Origin: Bacteroidales bacterium
GTDB lineage: Bacteria; Bacteroidota; Bacteroidia; Bacteroidales; WCHB1-69
Assembly: GCA_017617445.1 (NCBI GenBank)
Contig: JAFZWE010000014.1
Coordinates: 82 to 64,081 of the forward strand
Length of the DNA: 64,000 nucleotides
Reading direction: 5' to 3'
A program made the position numbers and the translations under genes. This document shows positions 9,419 to 18,978 of the stretch, piece by piece. Below the pieces are notes generated by a model. The model was not told the DNA's origin and did no database searches. It saw only the letters and a list, made by a program, of their open reading frames with translations. Position 1 is the stretch's first letter, and each line of letters begins with the position of its first letter.

Positions 9419-9871
9419 ATGGCCGGCATTCCTTGGAAACAGCAGCTGAACAACCAGCGGGAGCATCATGTCAAGATGCCCTCGCTGGCTTTTTGCATTT
9501 GCCTGTTAATCAGTGCCGTTTCCTGGTTTCTTGTCACATTGTCACAAGAATACACCCTTACCTACGACTTCAAAGCCACCTGCACAGAGTTGCCCGAAGG
9601 GAAAAAGAACGCGCACCTCTCTTCCGACGCCACCCTTCGCCTCACCTTCAAAGCCAAGGGCTTCGCCTTCCTCAACCCCCGTTTCATGGACAGCAACCGC
9701 ACGCTCAACTTAGACGTGACCACCCTGATCAAGCACAAGGGGGCCAACCTCAACAGCTACCAGTTCACCTCCAACGAAATCACCGAGTATCTGCACAACC
9801 AAAACGAACTGGGGGTGGAATTTGTCACGGTGGAATCGCCCAGTACGATCACCCTCTATTTGGAAAAATAA
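9419..9871 (+). CDS. YbbR-like domain membrane protein
   Basis: It holds the conserved position after yajC seen in Bacteroidota, with one TM helix followed by a beta-rich domain. I chose the start at ATG 9419 (MAGIPWKQ); the track start at 9389 overlaps yajC. Confidence 0.45.
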   Translation: MAGIPWKQQLNNQREHHVKMPSLAFCICLLISAVSWFLVTLSQEYTLTYDFKATCTELPEGKKNAHLSSDATLRLTFKAKGFAFLNPRFMDSNRTLNLDVTTLIKHKGANLNSYQFTSNEITEYLHNQNELGVEFVTVESPSTITLYLEK

Positions 9872-9903
9872 TGAACATATATATTATTGTATAGAATTAT
9901 TTG

Positions 9904-9911
9904 TACTTTTG
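9904..9911 (+). promoter_or_regulatory. -7 box TACTTTTG
   Basis: Matches TAnnTTTG, 18 nt upstream of ATG 9930. Confidence 0.6.
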
Positions 9912-9929
9912 CACGCAAAATATTTTATC

Positions 9930-10652
9930 ATGAAAAAAATCGCATTTACCCTGTTTGTCATTGCCCTCTTTGCCACTACCTGGGGGCAGGATTTGAAATT
10001 CCTTTATAACGGACAAGAACTTTCCCAGAGCACAGACCTAATGGTGACCGAAGTGAACGAAGACAACGAGTTCACCATCAATGTCGTCAACAACTTCACC
10101 GACACGCTGCGCTTGTATGTCGGGAAGAGAGTGGTCTCTGAAGTGGAGGGCTCCTATAACACCTTCTGTCTGGGGGTTTGTCTGGATCCTTCCATCTCCA
10201 CCTCACCTTCCCCACTGGTACTGGGTCCTGGAGACACCTCCACGTACGGCCAGTTCCATCTGCTCTACAATCCGGGGAGCAATGCCGGAACCACAACGGT
10301 GCAGTACAATTTTTCCGATCCTCAAAATGAAGTGAGCGGTTCTTTGAACATCAACTTCATTTCCAACGGGGTGGGAATTAACGAACAGAAAGCCGATATC
10401 AGCCTGTTCCAGGCGTATCCCAATCCTGCTTCAGACCAAGTGGTTGTGCAATATGAGGTGTCCGGTTTGGGGAACATGCCTGCCAACATCGTCATCACCA
10501 GCCTGGTGGGCAGCAAACTGCGCACCATCCCCGTCAACGGCAACTCCGGAAAGAGCGTCATTGACCTTTCCGACTTCGTGGCGGGCATCTATTTCTATTC
10601 CTTGGAAATCAACGGTCAGACTCTTGCCACAAGAAAGCTGATTATTAAGTAA
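9930..10652 (+). CDS. Secreted protein with a T9SS type A C-terminal sorting domain
   Basis: Signal peptide MKKIAFTLFVIALFATTWGQ. The C-terminus reads LFQAYPNPASDQVVVQY...GIYFYSLEINGQTLATRKLIIK. I moved the start from the track's 9822 to ATG 9930. Confidence 0.85.
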   Translation: MKKIAFTLFVIALFATTWGQDLKFLYNGQELSQSTDLMVTEVNEDNEFTINVVNNFTDTLRLYVGKRVVSEVEGSYNTFCLGVCLDPSISTSPSPLVLGPGDTSTYGQFHLLYNPGSNAGTTTVQYNFSDPQNEVSGSLNINFISNGVGINEQKADISLFQAYPNPASDQVVVQYEVSGLGNMPANIVITSLVGSKLRTIPVNGNSGKSVIDLSDFVAGIYFYSLEINGQTLATRKLIIK

Positions 10653-10666
10653 TTCCAAATAAATTA

Positions 10667-12427
10667 ATGGAAGTCACTCGCATATTTGACATCCTTCCGC
10701 ACTATGCCATTCATTTTCCGAGGGAAGATGCGCTCTGCGGAAAGGAGAATGGTATATGGCGGCAATACAGCACCAAACAGTATATCACCACCGTCAACAA
10801 CATCAGCTATGGGCTGATGCAGTTGGGGGTGAAGAAGGGTGACAAGATCGCCTCCATCAGTTCCGGCCGTCCGGAATGGAATTTTTTAGACATGGGCATC
10901 ATGCAGATCGGTGCCATCCACGTTCCCATCTACCCCACCATCAGTGAAAACGATTACAAATACATCCTGCATCACGCGGATGTCAAGATGGTGTTTGTGT
11001 CTGGCTGGGATATTTTGAGAAAAATAGAGAACATCCTTTCGGAGATCCCGCAGCTGAAGGACAATGTTTACACCTTCCGCAACCTGCGCGGCTACCGTCA
11101 CCTGAACGAAGTGATTGAGTTGGGAGCGGCCAACCCGAGTCCGCAGTATTTGAGTGAGATTCAGGAGCGCATCACCCCGGATGATGTCATGACCATCATC
11201 TACACCTCCGGCACCACCGGAACCATGAAGGGGGTGCAGCTGACCCATCGCAACATCATCAACAATTTCAAGGCCATTTTGCCCATTGTACCCGTTCATT
11301 CGCAGACCCGGGTATTAAGCTATCTTCCTCTGTGTCATGTATATGAACGCATGATGATTTATGCCTGGCAATATCTGGGGCTTCCCATTTACTATGCGGA
11401 AAGCATCGGAACCATTGCTGACAACTTGAAGGAGGTGCAGCCCACCATCCTCACCACCGTGCCCCGTTTGTTAGAGAAATTCTACGACCGGTTCATTGCA
11501 CAGGGAAGAAAACTCCCGAAAAAGCAGAAAAAGATATTCTTTTGGGCCAATGACATTGCCTGCCAGTATGAGTTTGAGTCTTCAAAAAAATACCAGCGCA
11601 AGTTGAATCTGGCGAGAAAACTGGTACTCAACAAATTCAAAGAGGCGTTAGGGGGAAAGTTGGAGGTGATCGTCTCTGGCGGTGCGGCCATCCAACCCCG
11701 TCTCAGCAGGATTTTCTGGGCGGCCGGCATCTCCATCATTGAGGGCTACGGTCTGACCGAGACTTCACCCGTCATTGCAGTGAGCAGCTTCTTCCGTAAC
11801 GGAAGCAAGTTCGGCACCGTGGGTCAGCCGCTGCCCGGTGTGGAAGTCAAAATTGCTGAAGACGGCGAGATTCTCACCCGTGGCGCGTGCGTCACCCCCG
11901 GCTACTACAAAGCCGACGACCTCACCCGCGAATCCATTGATAACGAAGGGTGGTTCCATACCGGCGACATCGGGGAATTTGAACCCGAAGGGCAGCTCAA
12001 AATCACCGGAAGGAAAAAAGAGATGTTCAAAACCGCTTTCGGCAAATACATTGTCCCCACACATGTGGAAAGCAAATTCAACGAGGACTCCCTGATTGAC
12101 AACATCATGGTGATTGGCGAAAACAAGAAATTCGCCGCCGCGCTGATTGTGCCCAACTTCGCCGACCTCCGCTCCTGGTGCGCCCGCAAGGAGATTCCCT
12201 ACACCACCAACGAAGAGATGATCAAACATCCGATGGTTCTCAAAAAATACAAGAAAGTGGCCGACCAATGCAACGCGCAGCTGGGAGAGACCGAACGGGT
12301 GATGAAATTTGAACTTATCGGATACGAATGGAGCGTGGCCACCGGAGAGCTGACCGCCACACTCAAGCTCAAACGGAAATTCATCACTGAAAAATTCTCG
12401 GAACAAATCGAAAAGCTTTTTGAATAG
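10667..12427 (+). CDS. Long-chain fatty acid-CoA ligase (AMP-dependent synthetase)
   Basis: AMP-binding motif YTSGTTGTMKGV, plus GYGLTETS and TGDIGEFEPEGQLKITGRKKE. Confidence 0.85.
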   Translation: MEVTRIFDILPHYAIHFPREDALCGKENGIWRQYSTKQYITTVNNISYGLMQLGVKKGDKIASISSGRPEWNFLDMGIMQIGAIHVPIYPTISENDYKYILHHADVKMVFVSGWDILRKIENILSEIPQLKDNVYTFRNLRGYRHLNEVIELGAANPSPQYLSEIQERITPDDVMTIIYTSGTTGTMKGVQLTHRNIINNFKAILPIVPVHSQTRVLSYLPLCHVYERMMIYAWQYLGLPIYYAESIGTIADNLKEVQPTILTTVPRLLEKFYDRFIAQGRKLPKKQKKIFFWANDIACQYEFESSKKYQRKLNLARKLVLNKFKEALGGKLEVIVSGGAAIQPRLSRIFWAAGISIIEGYGLTETSPVIAVSSFFRNGSKFGTVGQPLPGVEVKIAEDGEILTRGACVTPGYYKADDLTRESIDNEGWFHTGDIGEFEPEGQLKITGRKKEMFKTAFGKYIVPTHVESKFNEDSLIDNIMVIGENKKFAAALIVPNFADLRSWCARKEIPYTTNEEMIKHPMVLKKYKKVADQCNAQLGETERVMKFELIGYEWSVATGELTATLKLKRKFITEKFSEQIEKLFE

Positions 12428-12472
12428 ACTGCTTTCCCGCTCACTCCCCTCCCCGAAAACCACACGTCAAAC

Positions 12473-13753
12473 ATGAACCATCAAAACCTTTTTGAAAGCC
12501 TTCGGAATCGGCACCCCCAATTCACATACGAAGGATATTCTTTTGAATTATCTGAAAATCAAATCAATATAACCTACAATTTCCGTATTGGCGAAGCCAT
12601 CCGTTTCACCCCCCAAATGAGCCTGCAATTGGGACGTTACCCGATGGCGGCGCTTGACCGGGAACATCTGGACGGGATCATTTTCCACATCGGGATGATT
12701 GAGCTCATCAGCTACTGGAAATGTGCCTGCCCGCCCACCGTGCTCATCAAGGGGCGCAGGCTGACCGACGCGCAACAACGATGGTGGAAAAAGCTGTATT
12801 GGAAAGGGTTGGGAGAATTTTTCCACATTAACGGTATCCGCTCTGATGAAAGCCGGTTTTTGTCTTTCCAATTTGAAGAGGGCAGTCCCTCCACGGAAGA
12901 CTTCACCTACCGGCGGGTGGAGGAATCGGAAGCTGTCGTTGTTCCCATCGGCGGGGGCAAGGACTCGGTAGTCACTCTGGAGCAGCTGCGGCAGAAACGG
13001 CGGGTGGTGCCTTTTATCATCAACCCGCGGGGGGCCACCTTAGCATGTGCACGCATTGCCGGATTCCCGCATGAGGAGGACATCATCATCCTGCGGCGGC
13101 AGATTTCACCAGAGCTCTTGGAACTCAACAAGTCAGGATACCTCAACGGTCACACCCCCTTCTCCGCCATGCTGGCCTTTTACACCCTGCTGGTGAGTGC
13201 CGCCACCGGCATCCGCGATGTCGCACTTTCCAATGAGTCCAGTGCCAACGAGCCCACCATCCCCGGCACGGACATCAACCACCAATACTCCAAATCATCG
13301 GAATTTGAAGAGGATTTCCAGCAGTACGTCAAGGAAAACATCGCCGATCTCAACCACTATTACAGCCACCTCCGCCCCTACTGCGAATTGGAAATCGCCC
13401 GTTTTTTCTCACAATATCCGGCCTACTTCCCCGTCTTCAAAAGCTGCAATGCCGGCAGCAAAAACGACATCTGGTGCTGCAACTGTCCCAAGTGCCTCTT
13501 CGCCTACATCATCCTCTCCCCTTTCATTGACGACCCGACCATGATTCGGATTTTTGGGGAGGATTTATTAGACAAACCCTCCTTGGCACCCTATTTTGAC
13601 GAGCTGACGGGCTTTGCGGAGGAGAAGCCTTTTGAATGTGTAGGCACGATTGACGAGGTCAACCAAGCCATGTCGCTCATTGCCGAAAACAGAAAAGACA
13701 AATACCTGGTCAAGCGGTGGATGGATTTTCAAAAAGCTACAATTTCAAAATAG
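12473..13753 (+). CDS. PP-loop (N-type ATP pyrophosphatase-like) protein of unknown function
   Basis: VVPIGGGKDSVVTLE matches the SGGxDS PP-loop. There is also a C-terminal Cys cluster, KSCNAGSKNDIWCCNCPKCLF. Confidence 0.5.
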   Translation: MNHQNLFESLRNRHPQFTYEGYSFELSENQINITYNFRIGEAIRFTPQMSLQLGRYPMAALDREHLDGIIFHIGMIELISYWKCACPPTVLIKGRRLTDAQQRWWKKLYWKGLGEFFHINGIRSDESRFLSFQFEEGSPSTEDFTYRRVEESEAVVVPIGGGKDSVVTLEQLRQKRRVVPFIINPRGATLACARIAGFPHEEDIIILRRQISPELLELNKSGYLNGHTPFSAMLAFYTLLVSAATGIRDVALSNESSANEPTIPGTDINHQYSKSSEFEEDFQQYVKENIADLNHYYSHLRPYCELEIARFFSQYPAYFPVFKSCNAGSKNDIWCCNCPKCLFAYIILSPFIDDPTMIRIFGEDLLDKPSLAPYFDELTGFAEEKPFECVGTIDEVNQAMSLIAENRKDKYLVKRWMDFQKATISK

Positions 13754-14570
13754 CAATGATGCGGGAGGCCAGTGCGGCAGGGGCATCCACCCACGCCACC
13801 AATTGCACCGTGTCCCCATTCACCACACGCACGGCGGAAGCATCCACAATAGTGCTGTGACCTTCAGACCATGCAGCGTGAATTTTCTCCGAATCATCCA
13901 CACAAAACATCCAACCGCACAACGGTCCATCGGCATAACGATGCAATGAGTGCCGGACATCATAGGCGGTAGTCTGCGAATGCAGCTGGACATTCAAAAT
14001 CACGGAGGATAACCGGTTTCCCGGTACGATGAAGGCATCGCCATCCATCCGTCCCCGCAATTCGGGAAAAAGCTGCGGAATCACGCGCCCCGCATCAGAA
14101 ATGAAACTGCCGAATTCCCCATCCTCCAGAGTCCGAACCACATGGAACATGGCGGACTGTATTCCCCATTCATCATTTAAAACCTTAATTAAAAGGGCAA
14201 TGCCATTGGTTTCCGCCGATGAAGTGTACAGCATTGGGGCGGCATCATCACACTGCAAGTGATTGACTCCCATGATGACAGGCGTCCCCAAAGTATCATC
14301 GGTGGAAGGTCCCGCCAAAAGCACCCGACGCACTCTCCCGTGCAAATGTCCCTGACACAGTGTCGCCGGCAGACCGCCCAACTCCACCACCTGTTCCACC
14401 TCCCAAGGGATATCCGCTGCATTCCGTTCATGGGTCACCGTCACCCCGGGGAGCGCACCCTCAAACAAATCAGAATTCACCTGACTGATTTTCAGGAAAT
14501 CGTCACACTTCAACTGGGACAGCAACTGTTGTCCCACCTCATTCCAGCCGTTCAACCCCAACTCTACCAT
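13737..14570 (-). CDS. GAPDH-like protein lacking the catalytic Cys and His (probable pseudoenzyme)
   Basis: It aligns by eye to type I GAPDH. GLNGWNEVGQ aligns with GINGFGRIGR; SSAETNGIALLIKVLNDEWGI with [27 protein letters not shown] with TTVHAT. The start is ATG 14570, with an alternative at 14594. Confidence 0.65.
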   Translation of the reverse strand: MVELGLNGWNEVGQQLLSQLKCDDFLKISQVNSDLFEGALPGVTVTHERNAADIPWEVEQVVELGGLPATLCQGHLHGRVRRVLLAGPSTDDTLGTPVIMGVNHLQCDDAAPMLYTSSAETNGIALLIKVLNDEWGIQSAMFHVVRTLEDGEFGSFISDAGRVIPQLFPELRGRMDGDAFIVPGNRLSSVILNVQLHSQTTAYDVRHSLHRYADGPLCGWMFCVDDSEKIHAAWSEGHSTIVDASAVRVVNGDTVQLVAWVDAPAALASRIIAILKL

Positions 14571-15088
14571 AAACAAGCGTCTTCTTCCAACCATCGGCCC
14601 TGAACCTTTAGGGTCTGTTCAATCACATCGCGGGCGCATCCTGTACCGCCCGCACGCGGGGAGACGTAATCCACCATGGTCTTAATTTCCTCACAAGCAT
14701 CAGAAGGACAAGTTTTTACACCTGCCATTTGCATAATTTTGCAATCTGGAATATCATCTCCCATCATCATCACCTGCTCTTTGGAAAGGTGGTTTTCAGC
14801 CATATACTCTTTCAGTTTCTCCACTTTGTCCCTCACCTTCATAAAAATCTCCATCCCCTTAAAATCCACATATCTCAATTTCATGGTTTCAGAATAGCCG
14901 CCCGAAATGACCGCAATACGGTAACCCTTCTTCAGCGCATACTGGATGGCATAACCGTCTTTCACATTTGTGGCGCGAAGCTGGTCCCCATCGGGAAGGG
15001 TATAGATTTTCCCATCTGAAAGCACACCGTCAAAATCAAAAATAAAAGTATTGACCGATATCAACTTTTTCTGAAAGTCATCCTTCAT
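14564..15088 (-). CDS. kdsC: KdsC-family HAD phosphatase (KDO 8-phosphate phosphatase)
   Basis: FIFDFDGVLSDGKIY..., GDDIPD, about 174 aa. Confidence 0.8.
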   Translation of the reverse strand: MKDDFQKKLISVNTFIFDFDGVLSDGKIYTLPDGDQLRATNVKDGYAIQYALKKGYRIAVISGGYSETMKLRYVDFKGMEIFMKVRDKVEKLKEYMAENHLSKEQVMMMGDDIPDCKIMQMAGVKTCPSDACEEIKTMVDYVSPRAGGTGCARDVIEQTLKVQGRWLEEDACLW

Positions 15089-15930
15089 GATTCCTTGTTT
15101 GTTTGATTCATAATATATTGTGAAACAATTTGGTATATCTCCCTTAAATCATTCTCTGGCAACATTTGCAAATGTCGTGACATCACTGAATCATCCCTGC
15201 GGGCGGCGGGGCCTGTCTGCGATTCTTTTGGGGTAAAACGTTTCAATTTATCCAAAGTATTCTGTATCAATGGTTGAAGAACAGAAAAATCGATATTCGC
15301 ACGACCGAGGAGGTCGGCGCTGGCGATGTACATGGCATTGGAGAAATTGGATGCGAACACGGCAGCCAAATGCAGATGTCTCCGCTGTTCTTCATTCAAA
15401 AAATGAACATTATCAGATAATTGGGAAGCGAAACGGGCCAATATTCCGGTCGTCTGTTCATCATTGCCCTCCACGCAAAGAGGCACCTGGAGGTTGGAAA
15501 AATCCATGCCGGTGGTCAGTGTCTGGCACGGGTAAAGCACGCCGTAGCGGTCGGCGGCCGGCGCCAACAAATTTTGGGAAAGAGTACCGGCGGTCAACAC
15601 AGCCAAAGGCATACGAAAAGGGAATTGCGGAATCATCTCTTCGTATGCGTCATCCTTCACGGAGAAAATATACAAATCGCTGGTTGACTGTAAATCTTCC
15701 CATTGGCACACCGCTTTGGCGCCGCAAGTTTCGGCCAATTTCCGACATCTGTCGGGATTTCTCCCATAGATTTGGGACACTGGAATTTTTGCTTTTTTTA
15801 AGGCAAACACCAGCCATGAGGCCACATTCCCGCATCCCACCACGGTGACAGAACGCACAGGGGTATTCTGCAAAGGTTTGCGGGCGGGGAAATCGGGGGG
15901 CAATTCAGGCGTAGGTTCGTTGATTGGCAT
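15085..15930 (-). CDS. Rossmann-like / DUF2520 domain protein
   Basis: VTVVGCGNVASWL Rossmann loop. Its position next to kdsC is typical of Bacteroidota. Confidence 0.6.
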   Translation of the reverse strand: MPINEPTPELPPDFPARKPLQNTPVRSVTVVGCGNVASWLVFALKKAKIPVSQIYGRNPDRCRKLAETCGAKAVCQWEDLQSTSDLYIFSVKDDAYEEMIPQFPFRMPLAVLTAGTLSQNLLAPAADRYGVLYPCQTLTTGMDFSNLQVPLCVEGNDEQTTGILARFASQLSDNVHFLNEEQRRHLHLAAVFASNFSNAMYIASADLLGRANIDFSVLQPLIQNTLDKLKRFTPKESQTGPAARRDDSVMSRHLQMLPENDLREIYQIVSQYIMNQTNKES

Positions 15931-15932
15931 AT

Positions 15933-16730
15933 TTAGAAACTGGTTCCTTTAAAGGCGGAGGAGAGGTCGATGGGGTGGGGCGCGATGGCGAAAACCGCGG
16001 AGCCACTGCCGGAAAGAGAAGCGTAAACGGCGCCTTGACGGTAGAACTCCTGTTTGATTTCGGCCAATTGCGGATAGAGGGGGAAGAGGGCTTTTTCAAA
16101 ATCGTTAGGAATTTGTTCACGCCAGGTCTCCACGGGCTGGGTGAGCAAATCACAGAGCGGAGGGCGACCCGCCACCGGAGTGATGCGAGAATAGGCCTCC
16201 GCGGTGGGAATGCTGAAATCGGGTTTGAAAACGGAGATGCGGTAAGGCTCCAGCTGCAAAGGAAAAGGACGCAGGATTTCCCCACGACCCGTGGCGTATG
16301 AAGGAATATTTTCCAAAAAGAAGGGCACATCGCTTCCCAGCTGTGCGGCCAACCCTTTCAGCACATCCTTATGGATTTGCAAGTGGAAGGCGGCATTGGT
16401 CAGCTTGAGCACCACGGCAGCATCAGCGGAACCTCCGCCAAGCCCAGCCCCAGAGGGGATGTTCTTGACCAGCCGAATCTGCGCACCCGACAAATCATAC
16501 TTCTCCTGCATCAGTCGGAAAGCCTTGAGACACAAGTTTTTTTCAGGTTCTACTACAAAATCACCGCCAGTCATTTCCAAGTGGGTGTCCCCGTTCTTGG
16601 GAGTCACTTCAATCTCATCGCAGAGGGAATGGACCGGGAAGAACACTGTTTCCAGATTGTGATAGCCGTCGGGACGGTGGCCTGTCACATACAATCCGAG
16701 ATTAACCTTGAAATTGGCTAAGGATTTCAC
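15933..16730 (-). CDS. ispE: 4-diphosphocytidyl-2-C-methyl-D-erythritol kinase
   Basis: KVNLGLYVTGHRPDGYHNLETVF and PSGAGLGGGSADAA. The GTG start overlaps the upstream stop (GTGA). Confidence 0.9.
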   Translation of the reverse strand: MKSLANFKVNLGLYVTGHRPDGYHNLETVFFPVHSLCDEIEVTPKNGDTHLEMTGGDFVVEPEKNLCLKAFRLMQEKYDLSGAQIRLVKNIPSGAGLGGGSADAAVVLKLTNAAFHLQIHKDVLKGLAAQLGSDVPFFLENIPSYATGRGEILRPFPLQLEPYRISVFKPDFSIPTAEAYSRITPVAGRPPLCDLLTQPVETWREQIPNDFEKALFPLYPQLAEIKQEFYRQGAVYASLSGSGSAVFAIAPHPIDLSSAFKGTSF

Positions 16731-17704
16731 GACAGCAGATGTTCCTTTTTAATTTTATTCCATTGGTTTTCAGATAATTTTGCACCCACGGTAGCCACGG
16801 CTTCATCTCCTACCGAGGCCGCGAGACGCATGATTTTTTCTGCGGGCAATTGGTTCATGAGTCCATACAGGAACCCTGCGGCATAGGCATCACCGGCGCC
16901 ATTGGTATCCACCGGTTTACAGCCGTTGGTACCGGTCCAGAGCCGCTGCCCGTCTATCTGGGCCACCGAGCCTCGTCCGCCCATTTTCACCACGGCCACA
17001 CGGCAATACTGGGACAGGACATCCAGTGCCTCCTCCCCTTCCTTGCAGGCGAAGGCGCGGGCCTCGTCCTCATTGGCGAAAATAATATCCACATAATCCT
17101 TCAGCAGCATGGCGACAAAGTCGCGATGCTCCTCCACCAAGTTGAAGGAAGCCATATCCATGGAGATGGTCAGCCCAGCCTGCTTGGCCATTTGGCAGAC
17201 GTGAAGAATAAGGTCGTGGTTAAAAATCAAATAACCTTCCACATGCACATAATCATAACCCTTGAAAACCTCAGCATCAAGTTCTTGTGCAGTCATAGTG
17301 GAAGCGGCGCCGAGATATGTGGCGAAGGTGCGTTCGGCGTCTCCCGACATCAGTGTGGTAGCTACACCCGTATCAAGGCCTTCGGCATGAATCAGATGGG
17401 GTTGGATGCCGCTTCTGCCCATATCCTCTTCAAAAAAACGGCCCATCTTATCCATCCCGACTTTGCCCACAAAGCCGACCTCACCGCCGAGATGGGCAAT
17501 TCCGTGCATGGTGTTGGAGGTGGAGCCTCCCGTCACCTGCACCTGCTTCATCTCGCTGATTGCCTCATGCAAATTGCGTTTTGTTTCCACCTCAATCATC
17601 GTCATCCCCCCTTTGGGGAATGCAAAAGAGGATAAAATACTGTCATCAGGAACGTTGACAATCACGTCAACCAAGGCATTGCCAATGCCGATAATTTTTG
17701 CCAT
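16727..17704 (-). CDS. PfkB-family kinase (adenosine kinase-like)
   Basis: IGIGNALVD at the N-terminus and DTNGAGDAYAAGFLYG. Confidence 0.75.
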   Translation of the reverse strand: MAKIIGIGNALVDVIVNVPDDSILSSFAFPKGGMTMIEVETKRNLHEAISEMKQVQVTGGSTSNTMHGIAHLGGEVGFVGKVGMDKMGRFFEEDMGRSGIQPHLIHAEGLDTGVATTLMSGDAERTFATYLGAASTMTAQELDAEVFKGYDYVHVEGYLIFNHDLILHVCQMAKQAGLTISMDMASFNLVEEHRDFVAMLLKDYVDIIFANEDEARAFACKEGEEALDVLSQYCRVAVVKMGGRGSVAQIDGQRLWTGTNGCKPVDTNGAGDAYAAGFLYGLMNQLPAEKIMRLAASVGDEAVATVGAKLSENQWNKIKKEHLLS

Positions 17705-17724
17705 ACATCATAAATTTGAGGCTG

Positions 17725-17732
17725 CAAAGGTA
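17725..17732 (-). promoter_or_regulatory. -7 box TACCTTTG for the adenosine kinase-ispE-kdsC operon
   Basis: Matches TAnnTTTG, 21 nt upstream of ATG 17704. Confidence 0.55.
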
Positions 17733-17806
17733 CAATTAAATCGGCAAAAAAAACCTGTTTCACACAGAAAAACCACAAAATCTCACGCACGTTGAAAAAA
17801 ATGGCG

Positions 17807-17814
17807 TATTTTTG
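17807..17814 (+). promoter_or_regulatory. -7 box TATTTTTG for the degT-like gene
   Basis: Matches TAnnTTTG. It lies inside the track ORF start (17792), which supports ATG 17834 as the real start. Confidence 0.55.
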
Positions 17815-17833
17815 CAAGTTCAAAATCAAGCCC

Positions 17834-18970
17834 ATGTCACAACAGATTCAAATGGTTGACCTGCGAGGTCAATATCTGAAAATAAAAGATGAGATTGACG
17901 AAGCGATGGCGCAAGTGCTATCCTCCACAGCTTTCATTAACGGACCTATTGTCAAGGAGTTCCAGCAGAACCTGTCCGAATATCTCCATGTCGGGCACGT
18001 CATCACCTGCGGGAACGGCACCGATGCTTTGCAGATTGCGATGATGGCATTGGGGCTGCAACCCGGAGATGAAGTGATCACCACTCCCTTCACTTTCATC
18101 GCGACCGTGGAAGTGGTGGCGCTCCTGGGGCTCAAGCCGGTGTTTGTGGATGTCATTCCAGGCACCTTCAACATGGATGTCTCCCAAATTGAACGGGTCA
18201 TCACCCCCCGTACCAAGGCCATCGTACCGGTACACCTGTTTGGCCAATGCACTGACATGGAACCCCTTATGGATATTGCTCAGCGGCATCATCTCTATGT
18301 CATAGAGGATGCCTGCCAAGCGATTGGTGCAGAATACACTTTCTCTGACGGGCGCAAATGCAAGGCGGGGACCATCGGGCATGTGGGTTGCACCTCCTTC
18401 TTCCCCTCCAAAAACTTAGGTTGCTACGGGGATGGTGGCGCGTTGTTCACCAACGATGACGAATTGGCCACCCGAATCCGCGGCATTGCCAACCACGGCT
18501 CCTTTGTCAAATACCATCACGACCTGATCGGGGTCAACTCCCGTCTGGATTCCTTTCAAGCCGCCATATTAAATGTAAAGCTCAAGTATCTTGACAATTA
18601 CATTGCCTCACGTCAACGGGCGGCGAAGCTCTACCACTTTCTATTGTGCGATGTCGCCGAAATCAAGCCGCCCGTCACTGCGGCCCAAAGCACCCATGTG
18701 TTCCACCAATACACCCTGAAGCTGGATGAGAGACTGAACCGGAGCGATGTACAGGAAAAGCTTAAAGCTGCCGGCATCCCGTCCATGGTTTACTATCCCG
18801 TACCGATACATTTACAAAAGGCATTCGCCCCATTCGGGTATCATGCGGGGGACTTCCCGGTAGCGGAAAAGTTGTCGCGCACCGTGCTTTCTCTCCCCAT
18901 GCACACCGAGCTGACCAAGGATCAGCAGATCCACATCACGAAAACATTAAAGCAATCACTTGTCATATAA
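17834..18970 (+). CDS. DegT/DnrJ/EryC1/StrS-family sugar aminotransferase
   Basis: IQMVDLRGQY..., GTDALQIA, SFFPSKNLGCYGDGGA. Confidence 0.85.
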   Translation: MSQQIQMVDLRGQYLKIKDEIDEAMAQVLSSTAFINGPIVKEFQQNLSEYLHVGHVITCGNGTDALQIAMMALGLQPGDEVITTPFTFIATVEVVALLGLKPVFVDVIPGTFNMDVSQIERVITPRTKAIVPVHLFGQCTDMEPLMDIAQRHHLYVIEDACQAIGAEYTFSDGRKCKAGTIGHVGCTSFFPSKNLGCYGDGGALFTNDDELATRIRGIANHGSFVKYHHDLIGVNSRLDSFQAAILNVKLKYLDNYIASRQRAAKLYHFLLCDVAEIKPPVTAAQSTHVFHQYTLKLDERLNRSDVQEKLKAAGIPSMVYYPVPIHLQKAFAPFGYHAGDFPVAEKLSRTVLSLPMHTELTKDQQIHITKTLKQSLVI

Positions 18971-18978
18971 AGAAAAAC

